64,000 nt of DNA. Origin: an uncultured bacterium (GTDB taxonomy: Bacteria; Hydrogenedentota; CAZGCA01; CBFDCQ01). A program made the position numbers and the translations under genes. Location of the stretch: NCBI GenBank assembly GCA_965603355.1, contig CBFDCQ010000008.1, positions 5,441 through 69,440 of the forward strand, given 5' to 3'. Below the pieces are notes generated by a model. It made no database searches, was not told where the DNA came from, and saw nothing but the letters and a program-made list of their open reading frames with translations. Position 1 is the stretch's first letter. Each line of letters opens with the position of its first letter. Positions 9,749 to 18,627 of the stretch are shown piece by piece.

Positions 9749-10765
9749 TCATACGCCCAGATCGTCGAGCATTGTGCCGTAGAAGTTAACCCAAAAGCCG
9801 ATGACAAAGAAGGCGACACGAATAGCAACGGCTAAAATTACGAGCACATAGAGTACTACAACAAGATTGTTCGCTGCCTGCATAGCTTCCGCTTCATGAA
9901 TGTCCGCCACTTTCTGCAGATGTTGGTCAAGTTTGCCGGACTCCTCTCCGGTATGGATCATCTCGCGCGCCATGTCGCTAAGGTAGCGACATGGCGACAA
10001 GGCGATGCTAAGAGACTCACCAGCTTGTATATCGGGTATGCACCTGACCAGGCTGCGTTCTATATACGGATTGTTGGCTGTGGCGGCGGCTTTGTGTACG
10101 GCCTCCGTTATTGGGACGCCACTCTTAATGAGCAGGCCCAAGGACCTGGCGAACCGCGAGATCGCCAGTTTACGCGTTATTGAGGCCAGCGGCCACATGA
10201 ACGTGGTGATAAGGCCGGATACCCATCCCAGGAGTCCCAACCTTGCCAGCACGACCGCAACCAGCAGCACTACTCCTATAAACAGCAGAAGCTGTGCAAT
10301 ATTCTGGAGGAAAAGCTGCATGAGCAGGTTGAAGTCCAGACCGTCCGTGGAAGCCTTTCCGAGAGCACCCATGAAGCATATTGTGATGAAGAGGAACAGC
10401 AGAAGGCAGATTGGATAGATCAATTTGCCGATGATTTTTCTGACGAGCGCGGCCATTCGCTCGTAATAGTCCGCGAGGTTCTCGAATATCTCGGCCAGTC
10501 TTCCTCCGATCTCCCCCGCGCCGACGAGCTCGATAAAGAATTTCGGGAGGTACCGTGACTGTTCGCGTGAAGCTTGCTCGAGCGTCGAACCTCCCTTGAT
10601 GGAGTCGGACATTTGTGACACGACGTTCCTGAGCCGCCAGTTGTGGGTGTTGTTCGTGATGATATCAAGACTTCTCAAGATGGGTATGCCTGCACCGTGA
10701 GAGGTGGCAAGCTGCCGACAGAACACCATCATAGTGCGGAGGTTAAGTTTGGACGAGAAGATCAT
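9749..10765 (-). CDS. type II secretion system F / type IV pilus PilC-family inner-membrane protein
   Basis: Two GspF-like domains (..IELVGAGEIGGRLAEIFENLADYYE.. and ..MIHTGEESGKLDQHLQKVADIHE..) with TM segments. No GspE ATPase neighbour in the window. Confidence 0.65.
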   Translation of the reverse strand: MIFSSKLNLRTMMVFCRQLATSHGAGIPILRSLDIITNNTHNWRLRNVVSQMSDSIKGGSTLEQASREQSRYLPKFFIELVGAGEIGGRLAEIFENLADYYERMAALVRKIIGKLIYPICLLLFLFITICFMGALGKASTDGLDFNLLMQLFLQNIAQLLLFIGVVLLVAVVLARLGLLGWVSGLITTFMWPLASITRKLAISRFARSLGLLIKSGVPITEAVHKAAATANNPYIERSLVRCIPDIQAGESLSIALSPCRYLSDMAREMIHTGEESGKLDQHLQKVADIHEAEAMQAANNLVVVLYVLVILAVAIRVAFFVIGFWVNFYGTMLDDLGV

Positions 10766-10786
10766 TTGGATACTATTTCGATTCCG

Positions 10787-11686
10787 CTAATTCTCCGGTT
10801 TCTGGGACTCTTTAACGATCCGGTACGTTGGATAAGCGAAGTTTATGTTCCCGTTCGCCTCAAAATTTTCAAGTATACCGCGCGAGAGATTGTCCTGCAT
10901 AGTCCTTCGCTCTCTGGCGCCGGTCAAGTATCTGAGCGTGAGTTTAACCCCGTTGTCGGCTATTGTGACGTAGACAGCGGGGGTGAGCGTGCTGTACTTG
11001 ATGGCGTACTTCTTCCTGAGCTCCTTGAGTCCCGACTTGGCGTGCAGCTGCGCCTCCTGAGCTCCTTCCACGGCGCGGTCGAGCATAATCTGTCTTGCCT
11101 TGCGCCAATCGCTCTCGAAGGTCACCGTCACGCCCAACTCGTCCCATATGAACGGGAATCCGCTCGTGTAGTTCCATACGGGCTGGCGAAACAGCGTGTT
11201 GTTCGGGCAATGCGCGAGCCGGAACGTGCTCTGTTCGCCGGACACCCACTCGCCGACCTCGAGGAGGGTGGTCTGAAACAACCTGATGTCTATTACGTCC
11301 CCGACGAGATCTCCGATACGTATTCGGTCACCGACACTGAACGGGCGACGGACCAGGATGAAAAGCCACCCCGCCACCGACAGTATCGCGTCGGCAAGGG
11401 CTATGATAAGACCGGCTGCCGTCACACTCACGATGACCGTCAGATCGATATCCGGTAAGGCTTCGATCCAAATCAGGACAACGGCCAGTAGTGCGACGAC
11501 CGTGGCGGCATACGTCGCGGCCTTGCGAGCCCTGTGCCTCCTGTTAACATCCTCGACCTTTCTGCTAATGATGCGAAACGCTATGAGCATGCCCAGGTAG
11601 GTGAGGATAAGCGCTGCCACGGTACACAGCACTTTCGTCAAGACCACGGCATCAATGCGATCTGCCATATCAGCTAGAAAAGGCAT
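10787..11686 (-). CDS. mscS: small-conductance mechanosensitive channel (MscS family)
   Basis: Three N-terminal TM helices, then GDRIRIGDLVGDVIDIRLFQTTLLEVGEW and the beta domain typical of MscS. Confidence 0.8.
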   Translation of the reverse strand: MPFLADMADRIDAVVLTKVLCTVAALILTYLGMLIAFRIISRKVEDVNRRHRARKAATYAATVVALLAVVLIWIEALPDIDLTVIVSVTAAGLIIALADAILSVAGWLFILVRRPFSVGDRIRIGDLVGDVIDIRLFQTTLLEVGEWVSGEQSTFRLAHCPNNTLFRQPVWNYTSGFPFIWDELGVTVTFESDWRKARQIMLDRAVEGAQEAQLHAKSGLKELRKKYAIKYSTLTPAVYVTIADNGVKLTLRYLTGARERRTMQDNLSRGILENFEANGNINFAYPTYRIVKESQKPEN

Positions 11687-11929
11687 ATTATCCTACCCCT
11701 CGGTTCGAGCAGTAAACACGCACACCACCTTGCGCTCGCGGCGATTATATCACTAGCTTGCGACGTTTTCAAGCGGGAAGGGCTCGTGCGTGGGCTCACT
11801 GGTCCGCACTCTCACGACAATGCCTCATTTGTCGCCGAAAACGTTCTTACAGTCTACGGCTCCGCTCTTGTCGTCGTGCCGGCGAAAGAGGGAATCCACG
11901 CTCTTGGATGAGCCCTCGGCACGTTTCCT

Positions 11930-11956
11930 GGATTCCCGCCTGCGCGGGAATGACGC
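11930..11956. repeat. solo hairpin element ggattcccgcctgcgcgggaatgacgc (reverse complement gcgtcattcccgcgcaggcgggaatcc); stem attcccgc/gcgggaat, loop ctgc
   Basis: Perfect 8-bp stem seen directly. Same GTCATTC-N12-GAATC architecture as the repeats flanking the GIY-YIG gene. Accounts for the spurious ORF peptides ..LDSRLRGND.. and ..WIPACAGMT.. Confidence 0.8.
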
Positions 11957-12049
11957 TTGGAAGGGAAACTGGGAGCATAAATGACTATCCAGTGCGGGGT
12001 CGCGGCGCAGTATCTGTGAGCAAAGCGCGAGAATTGCAGAAGAAAGGGC

Positions 12050-12087
12050 TTGACAAATCCACGCAATTGTGTTACTGTATTAATACA
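12050..12087 (+). promoter_or_regulatory. putative sigma70-type promoter (-35 TTGACA at 12050-12055) overlapping a perfect 12-bp palindrome TGTATTAATACA (12076-12087), a candidate GntR autoregulatory operator
   Basis: Consensus -35 hexamer. The palindrome sits about 45 bp upstream of the gntR start, where YtrA-type operators are typically found. No clean -10 identified. Confidence 0.45.
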
Positions 12088-12130
12088 ATCGGTGCGTTCG
12101 GGCAATTAGCAGTGATAGGAGAGGGCACGA

Positions 12131-12526
12131 ATGCGGTTGCACATCTCGTTGGACGACGGCGTGCCGATCTATCTTCAAATCGTGAACCAGATCAAGTACC
12201 TGGTGGCTTCCGGACGTCTGGGCCCGGGCGATGAGCTGCCTCCTATTCGTGTGCTTGCCGAACAGCTTCTTATCAATCCGAACACGGTGGCGCGCGCTTA
12301 CAGGGAGCTTGAGACGGCCGGTATACTGACCAAGCGGCGCGGCGCCGGCACGTATGTCTCGGACAAGGGGTCTCCGCTGACTCGGCGGGAGCGTGCCCGC
12401 ATCCTCGAGGGCCGCGCGGACGCGCTGCTGGTTGAGGCGCAGCAGTTGAATTTCGATCTTGAAGAGCTCACCCAGCTCATCCGGAAACGCGCTCAGCAGT
12501 TCACGAAGGAGGACCGGAAACGATGA
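12131..12526 (+). CDS. GntR-family transcriptional regulator (YtrA-like short subfamily)
   Basis: N-terminal winged HTH IYLQIVNQIKYLVASGRLGPGDELPPIRVLAEQLLINPNTVARAYRELE. Short C-terminal region. First gene of a GntR-ABC ATPase-permease operon; stop overlaps the next start. Confidence 0.75.
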   Translation: MRLHISLDDGVPIYLQIVNQIKYLVASGRLGPGDELPPIRVLAEQLLINPNTVARAYRELETAGILTKRRGAGTYVSDKGSPLTRRERARILEGRADALLVEAQQLNFDLEELTQLIRKRAQQFTKEDRKR

Positions 12527-13443
12527 GCAGCAGCGATAAGTCAGAGCATCCTGTGCAGGTTGAGGGACTCACTCGGCGTTTTGGGAAGACCGTTGCGCTG
12601 GACAATGTAGATCTCGCAGTGCGGCGTGGGTTGGTCTTCGGGCTCGTGGGCGAGAACGGTGCCGGCAAGACGACGCTTATCAAACACCTTCTGGGTCTGC
12701 TGAAGCCGCAGACGGGCAAAGTGCGCGTGTTCGGTCTCGACCCGATAGAGAAGCCTGAGGAGGTGCTCGGCGAGATAGGCTACCTGTCGGAGAACCGCGA
12801 TCTGCCGACCTGGATGCGTGTGCGCGAGTTGATGCTTTACACGCAGGCTTTCTACCCCAAGTGGGACGAGGCGTTCGCTGAGGATCTGCGGGAGACTTTC
12901 GAGCTTGACCCGTCGGCAAGGATCAGGAGCCTGAGCCGTGGTCAGCGCGCGAAGGCGGGACTGTTGGTTGCGCTGGCGCACCGGCCGGCCTTGCTTCTGC
13001 TCGACGAGCCGTCTTCCGGCCTTGATCCGGTGGTACGCCGCGATATCCTGACAGCGATCATACGCACCGTAGCGGAGGAGGGACGGACGGTGCTGTTCTC
13101 GTCGCACCTGCTCGACGAGGTGGAACGCGTTGCCGATCACGTGGCGATGATTCACAAGGGCAAGATAACCTTGTCGGCGCCGCTGGATGAGATTAAGGAA
13201 CGGCACTGCCGAATCACGCTTCGATTCTCGGAGTCGCGGACTGCGCCGCCCGAGTTGGCGGGCGCGCTGTGGTGGGAAGGCCGGGGGCAGGAGTGGACGG
13301 CGGTATGCGACGGTCGCTTGGACGCTCTCAAGCAGCAAGCGGCCGAGATGAGCGCCGAGGTGGTGGAGGAAGGCGTTCCGACACTTGAGGAGATCTTTGT
13401 GGGACGCGTCAAAACCGGGCGAGCCGCGTCGAGGGAGGTCTGA
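12523..13443 (+). CDS. ABC transporter ATP-binding protein
   Basis: Walker A GENGAGKTT; signature LSRGQRAKAG; Walker B LLLLDEPSSGLD; H-loop. Confidence 0.85.
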   Translation: MSSSDKSEHPVQVEGLTRRFGKTVALDNVDLAVRRGLVFGLVGENGAGKTTLIKHLLGLLKPQTGKVRVFGLDPIEKPEEVLGEIGYLSENRDLPTWMRVRELMLYTQAFYPKWDEAFAEDLRETFELDPSARIRSLSRGQRAKAGLLVALAHRPALLLLDEPSSGLDPVVRRDILTAIIRTVAEEGRTVLFSSHLLDEVERVADHVAMIHKGKITLSAPLDEIKERHCRITLRFSESRTAPPELAGALWWEGRGQEWTAVCDGRLDALKQQAAEMSAEVVEEGVPTLEEIFVGRVKTGRAASREV

Positions 13444-13446
13444 CGG

Positions 13447-15081
13447 ATGCGTTCACCTGTTCAGGCGCTGCTCTGGGAGCAGTGGCGGCGACTCCGCTGG
13501 CCGATGGTGTTCGCTCTTGTCCTCATGATGTCCGCTTTCATGCTGCATAACACCCCCAGCAAAAGGTTAGCGCTCATTGACGATCCGGACCTCGTGATGA
13601 GTTGCTTTATGATGATTCTGTGCATCGGTGTCTTTGTCGCATTTCTACTATGTTCGCACTCGGAGGCGAATGATTTACGACTCACGTTGCCGTCGCGTTT
13701 TTACACGCTGCCGGTGAAGACGCACGTGCTGGTGAACTGCGAGCTGCTTTTCCGGGTAGTTGCCGTAGGTTTGCTCAGTTTCACTATGGTTGGCACACGC
13801 TATTTGCTATTCCACGATTTGCTATTCTACGATGAGTTCTTCATGGACGCGAGTCTGGTGTGGAAAGTGCCTTTGTTTCTTATGTGTTTGTTGGCGTTCC
13901 TTCAGGGAGTCTGCTTGTGCCCGAAAGGGCCGTGGCTTCTGGCGGCGGTTGTGTCAGTCGCGCTGCTCCTGACACGGACCTGGCGGATCATTGCCGGGCC
14001 GCTCTTCGACGTGAACTGGGAAGCCACCAACTTATTTGCGATCGGGATACTGGCTTTGTTCGCGGGCGCGGGATACGTGATCGCGCTCGGCGGTGTCAGG
14101 CTTGACCGCTGCGGGGCTTGGATGGGTATCCGAAAACGTCTTGGGCAGATCCTGCGCGTGGGTACGGGGCGCCAGAAACGTTTCTCCTCGCCGGCACATG
14201 CCCAACTGTGGTTCGAGTGGAGGAGGAAAGCTAAGTATGTTCCCATGGTGGCGATAGCTTCTGCAACGCTATGGTTCCTTGTCTACAGGTACCTGCTGTT
14301 TCATGAGTTGTCGGCCGGGAGAATCGCTGCGTGGGAGAGTGCTAGGGAAGAGATGTTGATCCTGATCGTCGGTGGAGGTTTATTCGTATGCCCTCTGGTG
14401 GCGGCGTTCGTTGTGGGAATGCTCATTCCCGCTCAGGACCATCGCGATCACACCTCCGGTTTCTCGTGCTTCATCATGACCAGGCCGATGCGCACGAAAG
14501 AGTTGGCTACCGCCCGGTTGAAGATGGGTGCGCTCAGCCTGGGGTTGACATACGTGTTCGTCTCTCTGATTCTGATGGTGCTTCTTGGATTGCCGGCGTT
14601 CCTGCAGGCGCTGAAGTTCTCCTGGGATGAGCTCGTGCAGGCGGGCACTCCCGAGCAGCCCTTTCTGCCGATCGTTATGGTTTTGGGGAGCTTTGCGCTG
14701 GCGTGGACGCTGCTGTGGTTGAGTTTGCCCCTATTGGGCGCACTGTTACTGTATGGCGTGATTGTCTGGGTGGTATCCATGCTGCCCCCGATCGGTGGCG
14801 CGAGCGTCCTGTGGTGGGTACCGGCGATTCTTCTGGTTGGAGTAGCCGCGCTTGTCCGTATGGCCGGTCGGCGCACGCTGCTCACGGTGCGCGATCTCCC
14901 CGTCGTTGCGGTCCTGGGGCTCATCAGCGCCTGTGTCATGCTCGTGTTGTTGTGGGCTTCAGATTGGCCCTCCCATGAGCTGGGTCCTGCGGGCGTGGCA
15001 TCGCGCGTAGCTGTCTCGTTGATTCCTGCTGTTGCATTCATCTGGGAGCCGCTGAAATTGCACTGGTTCCGCCACCGTTGA
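13447..15081 (+). CDS. polytopic membrane protein, putative permease partner of the upstream ABC ATPase (ABC-2-like)
   Basis: 544 aa with many predicted TM segments. Position immediately downstream of the ATPase. No specific motif recognised. Confidence 0.45.
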   Translation: MRSPVQALLWEQWRRLRWPMVFALVLMMSAFMLHNTPSKRLALIDDPDLVMSCFMMILCIGVFVAFLLCSHSEANDLRLTLPSRFYTLPVKTHVLVNCELLFRVVAVGLLSFTMVGTRYLLFHDLLFYDEFFMDASLVWKVPLFLMCLLAFLQGVCLCPKGPWLLAAVVSVALLLTRTWRIIAGPLFDVNWEATNLFAIGILALFAGAGYVIALGGVRLDRCGAWMGIRKRLGQILRVGTGRQKRFSSPAHAQLWFEWRRKAKYVPMVAIASATLWFLVYRYLLFHELSAGRIAAWESAREEMLILIVGGGLFVCPLVAAFVVGMLIPAQDHRDHTSGFSCFIMTRPMRTKELATARLKMGALSLGLTYVFVSLILMVLLGLPAFLQALKFSWDELVQAGTPEQPFLPIVMVLGSFALAWTLLWLSLPLLGALLLYGVIVWVVSMLPPIGGASVLWWVPAILLVGVAALVRMAGRRTLLTVRDLPVVAVLGLISACVMLVLLWASDWPSHELGPAGVASRVAVSLIPAVAFIWEPLKLHWFRHR

Positions 15082-15207
15082 GCCGTACCGTCACATAGAA
15101 GCTCTATTTACTGGCCTGTCTTTTGCCTGTCCCAATACTCCTCAATGGCGAGACTCCACGTAAGGAGAAAGAGGAAATGCCTGAGCTGATCCTTAGGGTA
15201 CAGTTTC

Positions 15208-15236
15208 TTGACAAAATTGGAGAGGCGATTTATACT
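15208..15236 (+). promoter_or_regulatory. sigma70-type promoter TTGACA-N17-TATACT upstream of the DUF1015 gene
   Basis: -35 at 15208-15213, 17-bp spacer, -10 TATACT at 15231-15236. The RBS aaaggag precedes the GTG start at 15326. Confidence 0.55.
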
Positions 15237-15325
15237 CTTTCGAAAGGGTGGGGGGAAGATCCAGTACAATATCCTATTGCGGTCGGCCGGATATAGACGA
15301 ATAATCCCGTAAAGGAGCAGGGTCT

Positions 15326-16642
15326 GTGGCGGGAGTCAAGCCGTTTAGAGGAGTAAGGTACAATCCTGAAGTCGTGAGCGACCTGTCGCTGGTGACGACG
15401 CCGCCTTTTGACGTCATTTCCCCTGACCAGAAACGCGCCTACCACGAGCGTCATCCGAAAAATGTCATACGGTTGAATCTCGGCGAGAGTGTGCCCGGGG
15501 ATGACGAGAAGAACAACTGGTACAAGCGGGCATCGGACTATCTGAACGGGTGGCTCGAGGAAGGTACGCTGGTGCAGGATGAGGAAGAGTCGTTCTACCT
15601 GTTGAGGCGTGACTATGTCGGCAGGTGGGGGGGTGTGCATGTCAGGCACGGGTTCAGCGCGCTGGTGAGGATCGAGGACCCGGAAAAGCGCCTGATTTTG
15701 GGCCATGAGCTGACGTTCGATGACGTGATCGTGGACAGGCTGAGGCTGATCGAGGCCACGCGAGCGAACGTGTGTCCGATATTTGCTCTTTACTCGGACC
15801 CGGATGGCGAGGTTATCAGCGCGATCAAGTCGAGCGTCCGGGAACCGCTGGCGACCATGTCGCTGGAGGACGGTTCGCTGGATACGTTGTGGCGCTGCGC
15901 GGACGCGGAGATGTTCCGTTTCGTCGGCGAGAAGATTAAGGACAAGGTCATCTTCATCGCGGACGGGCACCATCGTTACGCCACGTCGCGGCTGTACCGC
16001 AACGAGATGCGTCGTGACGATGGAAAGAACACGGGTTCGGAACCGTACGATTATGTGTTGATGACACTGGTGGCGCTCGAGGACGAGGGGTTGGCGATAT
16101 ACCCGCCGCACCGTCTTATCAGCGGGTTGCGCAACTTCGACGGAGCGGCTTTCCTGGACGAGCTGGAGGAGTATTTCGACGTTGTCCCCGTGGTTCACCA
16201 TGGAACGTTGTCGGAGCAGGTAGATAACCTGGTACGGCTGATGGATGGCAATGTGGGGAAGGAGCGGAGTTTCGGTGTGCTGCTGAAGGACACGGCACCG
16301 CGGCTTCTCATGCTGAAGCATGAAATAGACGCTCATCCTTGGTTCAGCTCGATCCGCGACAGCGTGCGGAACGAACTCGACGTTCCAATCCTTCACAGGC
16401 TGGTAATTGAGGGTATGCTCGACGTCAGCGCCACGTGCGACAGGCATGTGCGGTACAACCCGGACGAGCAGGACGCAGCCGAGCTTGTCCAGTCGGGTGA
16501 GGTACAGGTGGCTCTTCTTATTAACCCGCCGACACGTGAAGACGTACAACGGGTCTCTCATGGCGGCGAGCTTATGCCTCACAAATCGACCTACTTCTAT
16601 CCCAAACTCCTGACCGGTCTCGTGATGAACAAGATGTACTGA
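15326..16642 (+). CDS. DUF1015 family protein
   Basis: Conserved blocks PFRGVRY, FIADGHHRY and YPPHRL are characteristic of DUF1015. 438 aa. Confidence 0.75.
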   Translation: MAGVKPFRGVRYNPEVVSDLSLVTTPPFDVISPDQKRAYHERHPKNVIRLNLGESVPGDDEKNNWYKRASDYLNGWLEEGTLVQDEEESFYLLRRDYVGRWGGVHVRHGFSALVRIEDPEKRLILGHELTFDDVIVDRLRLIEATRANVCPIFALYSDPDGEVISAIKSSVREPLATMSLEDGSLDTLWRCADAEMFRFVGEKIKDKVIFIADGHHRYATSRLYRNEMRRDDGKNTGSEPYDYVLMTLVALEDEGLAIYPPHRLISGLRNFDGAAFLDELEEYFDVVPVVHHGTLSEQVDNLVRLMDGNVGKERSFGVLLKDTAPRLLMLKHEIDAHPWFSSIRDSVRNELDVPILHRLVIEGMLDVSATCDRHVRYNPDEQDAAELVQSGEVQVALLINPPTREDVQRVSHGGELMPHKSTYFYPKLLTGLVMNKMY

Positions 16643-16697
16643 GACTTCCGGTGAACTCCGCGCCGTCACGGCGAGAAAGGTTGGTGGAACGGCTTAC

Positions 16698-17966
16698 GTG
16701 AGAGTATCGGTGGAGAGAGAAAGCAGGGAAACGGCAATACTCGTGGGGCTCGTGACGCCGCGGGAAAGCGCTTTCGACGTCGAGGACTCGCTTGACGAGC
16801 TGCAGGAGCTGGCGCGGACCGCAGGGGCCGTCACGGTGCATCGCGAGATACAGAATCGCCGTCCCGAACCCAGATACCTGATCGGCAAGGGTAAAGCCGA
16901 GCACGTAGCGGCGCTGGTTGAAGCGCTGGAAGCCGATCTCGTCGTATTCGATACGGACCTCACCGCCGCGCAGGTGCGCAATCTCGAGAAGTTGTTCGGC
17001 GTCAAGGTAATCGACCGCACCGAGCTAATCCTGGACATTTTTTCGCAACACGCCGAGTCCCGCGAGGGCAAGATTCAGATCGAGCTCGCCCAGTTGAACT
17101 ATCTGCTCCCGCGACTGATCGGCAAGGGTGTGGAGATGTCGCGGTTAGGCGGCGGGATAGGCACGCGGGGTCCCGGCGAGAAACAGCTCGAGTATGACCG
17201 CAGACGCATACGCGGGCGCATCACAAGGCTGAACAAGGACCTGGCTGCGGTCAAACGCAGCCGGGCCGAGCAGAGGAAGAAGCGCAAGCGCGACGTTGCG
17301 GCTTCGATCGCGATAGTAGGGTACACTAATGCAGGCAAGTCGTCGCTGCTAAACGCGTTAGCGTCGGCGGACGCGCACGTCGAGGCGGCGCTTTTTGCCA
17401 CGCTCGACCCGCGCACGCGGCGTGTCACTCTGCCGGACGGGCTCGAGGTGGTGTTCAGCGATACGGTGGGTTTCATAAAGAAGCTCCCGCACACGCTCGT
17501 CGCGGCGTTTCGGGCGACGTTGGAGGAGGTGGTCCAGGCGGATATCCTCCTTCTGGCCGCCGATGCCGGCCACCCGCTGATGGAGCAGCAGATCGGTACG
17601 GTCAAGGGTGTGCTGGCGGAGCTCGGGGCGGCTGAAAAACCTATCATCACGGTGTATAACAAACGTGACAAGATAGAAGATGCTGGTTTGCGCGAACGCC
17701 TCGAACGGAGGGGCCCGGACAGTGTGGTGATATCCGCGCTGCACGATACGGATTTTGGGAGGCTCCTCGAGCTGATTATGGCGAAGCTCAGACCGTTGCG
17801 GCGGGAGATGACGCTCGCCATTCCGCAGGACGAGACCCAGCTCATTGGCGAGATTCACCGCCACGGAGAGGTTCTCGAGCAGCAGTACAAGGATACCGTC
17901 GTGGTCATGAAGGCGCGCGTTGACCGTCACCTGGCGGCGAGACTGGAGGGATATAGCAAGCGATGA
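16698..17966 (+). CDS. hflX: GTPase HflX
   Basis: N-terminal HflX domain (ERA.LVGL), G1 IAIVGYTNAGKSSLLNAL, DTVGFI, NKRD G4. 422 aa. Confidence 0.85.
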   Translation: MRVSVERESRETAILVGLVTPRESAFDVEDSLDELQELARTAGAVTVHREIQNRRPEPRYLIGKGKAEHVAALVEALEADLVVFDTDLTAAQVRNLEKLFGVKVIDRTELILDIFSQHAESREGKIQIELAQLNYLLPRLIGKGVEMSRLGGGIGTRGPGEKQLEYDRRRIRGRITRLNKDLAAVKRSRAEQRKKRKRDVAASIAIVGYTNAGKSSLLNALASADAHVEAALFATLDPRTRRVTLPDGLEVVFSDTVGFIKKLPHTLVAAFRATLEEVVQADILLLAADAGHPLMEQQIGTVKGVLAELGAAEKPIITVYNKRDKIEDAGLRERLERRGPDSVVISALHDTDFGRLLELIMAKLRPLRREMTLAIPQDETQLIGEIHRHGEVLEQQYKDTVVVMKARVDRHLAARLEGYSKR

Positions 17967-18427
17967 AGAAACCGGATGCGCGGGAGGTGAAATACCCAAG
18001 GCTTAGAGTTTCGGCCATCATAATCGAGGATGAGAGGATTCTGCTGGTGCGCCACGAGAAGTACGGCAGAAGTTACTGGGTTCTGCCGGGCGGTGGCATG
18101 GATTTCGGCGAGACTCTCGAGGAAGCCACCGTGCGCGAGCTGAAAGAGGAGACGAATCTCGACATAACGGTTGATAAACTGGTTTTCGTGGACGATATCC
18201 TTCCCAGAGATCTCCATCGTCATGTGGTCGACGTGTACTTCACCGGGAACGTGGTCGGCGGGGACCTGGAGGTAGGAGACGATTCACATATGCATGAAGT
18301 ACGGTTCTTCCCGCTCGACGAATTCCGCGATCTGCAGTTCGAGCCGGACATCGTTGACCGAATCGTCGATGCGTACCGACAGGGTTTTCCCAATTCCGCC
18401 GACTATCTAGGGAACGTGTGGGAGTAG
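17963..18427 (+). CDS. NUDIX hydrolase
   Basis: Nudix box GGGMDFGETLEEATVRELKEETNL. Start overlaps the hflX stop. Confidence 0.8.
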   Translation: MKKPDAREVKYPRLRVSAIIIEDERILLVRHEKYGRSYWVLPGGGMDFGETLEEATVRELKEETNLDITVDKLVFVDDILPRDLHRHVVDVYFTGNVVGGDLEVGDDSHMHEVRFFPLDEFRDLQFEPDIVDRIVDAYRQGFPNSADYLGNVWE

Positions 18428-18457
18428 AACGGGGAGTCGGTTTGCCCCATCCAGGTA

Positions 18458-18607
18458 GGGCGGGCATCTTGCCCGCCATCGGCCCACCCGAAAGACAACA
18501 ACGTAAGGGCGAGGCATGCCTCGCCCGCGTTGGCAGACAGGAATGTCTGCCCCACCGCCCCTCTGATGGGGCCGCAATCATCCGTGTGGGCGGTTCGCGA
18601 ACCGCCC
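18458..18607. repeat. cluster of five consecutive perfect GC-rich hairpins between convergent genes: gggcgggca-tct-tgcccgcc, gggcgaggc-at-gcctcgccc, ggcagaca-ggaa-tgtctgcc, gcccc-tctgat-ggggc, gggcggttcg-cgaaccgccc
   Basis: Each inverted repeat read directly. None is followed by a T-tract. Located between the NUDIX stop (18427) and the MOSC-fusion stop (18628). Confidence 0.8.
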
Positions 18608-18627
18608 CTACGTCGCGGCTGGCGGAA

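Noticed and set aside
12541-13338. 265-aa minus-strand ORF
   Set aside because: It is antisense to the ABC ATPase, which has complete Walker A, signature and Walker B motifs on the plus strand.
15230-16669. 479-aa ORF on the minus strand
   Set aside because: It is the antisense shadow of the DUF1015 gene, which has strong family motifs on the plus strand. It is an Arg/His/Val-rich translation typical of high-GC antisense frames.
17099-17999. Minus-strand ORFs of 248 and 213 aa
   Set aside because: They are antisense to hflX. The plus strand has canonical GTPase motifs.
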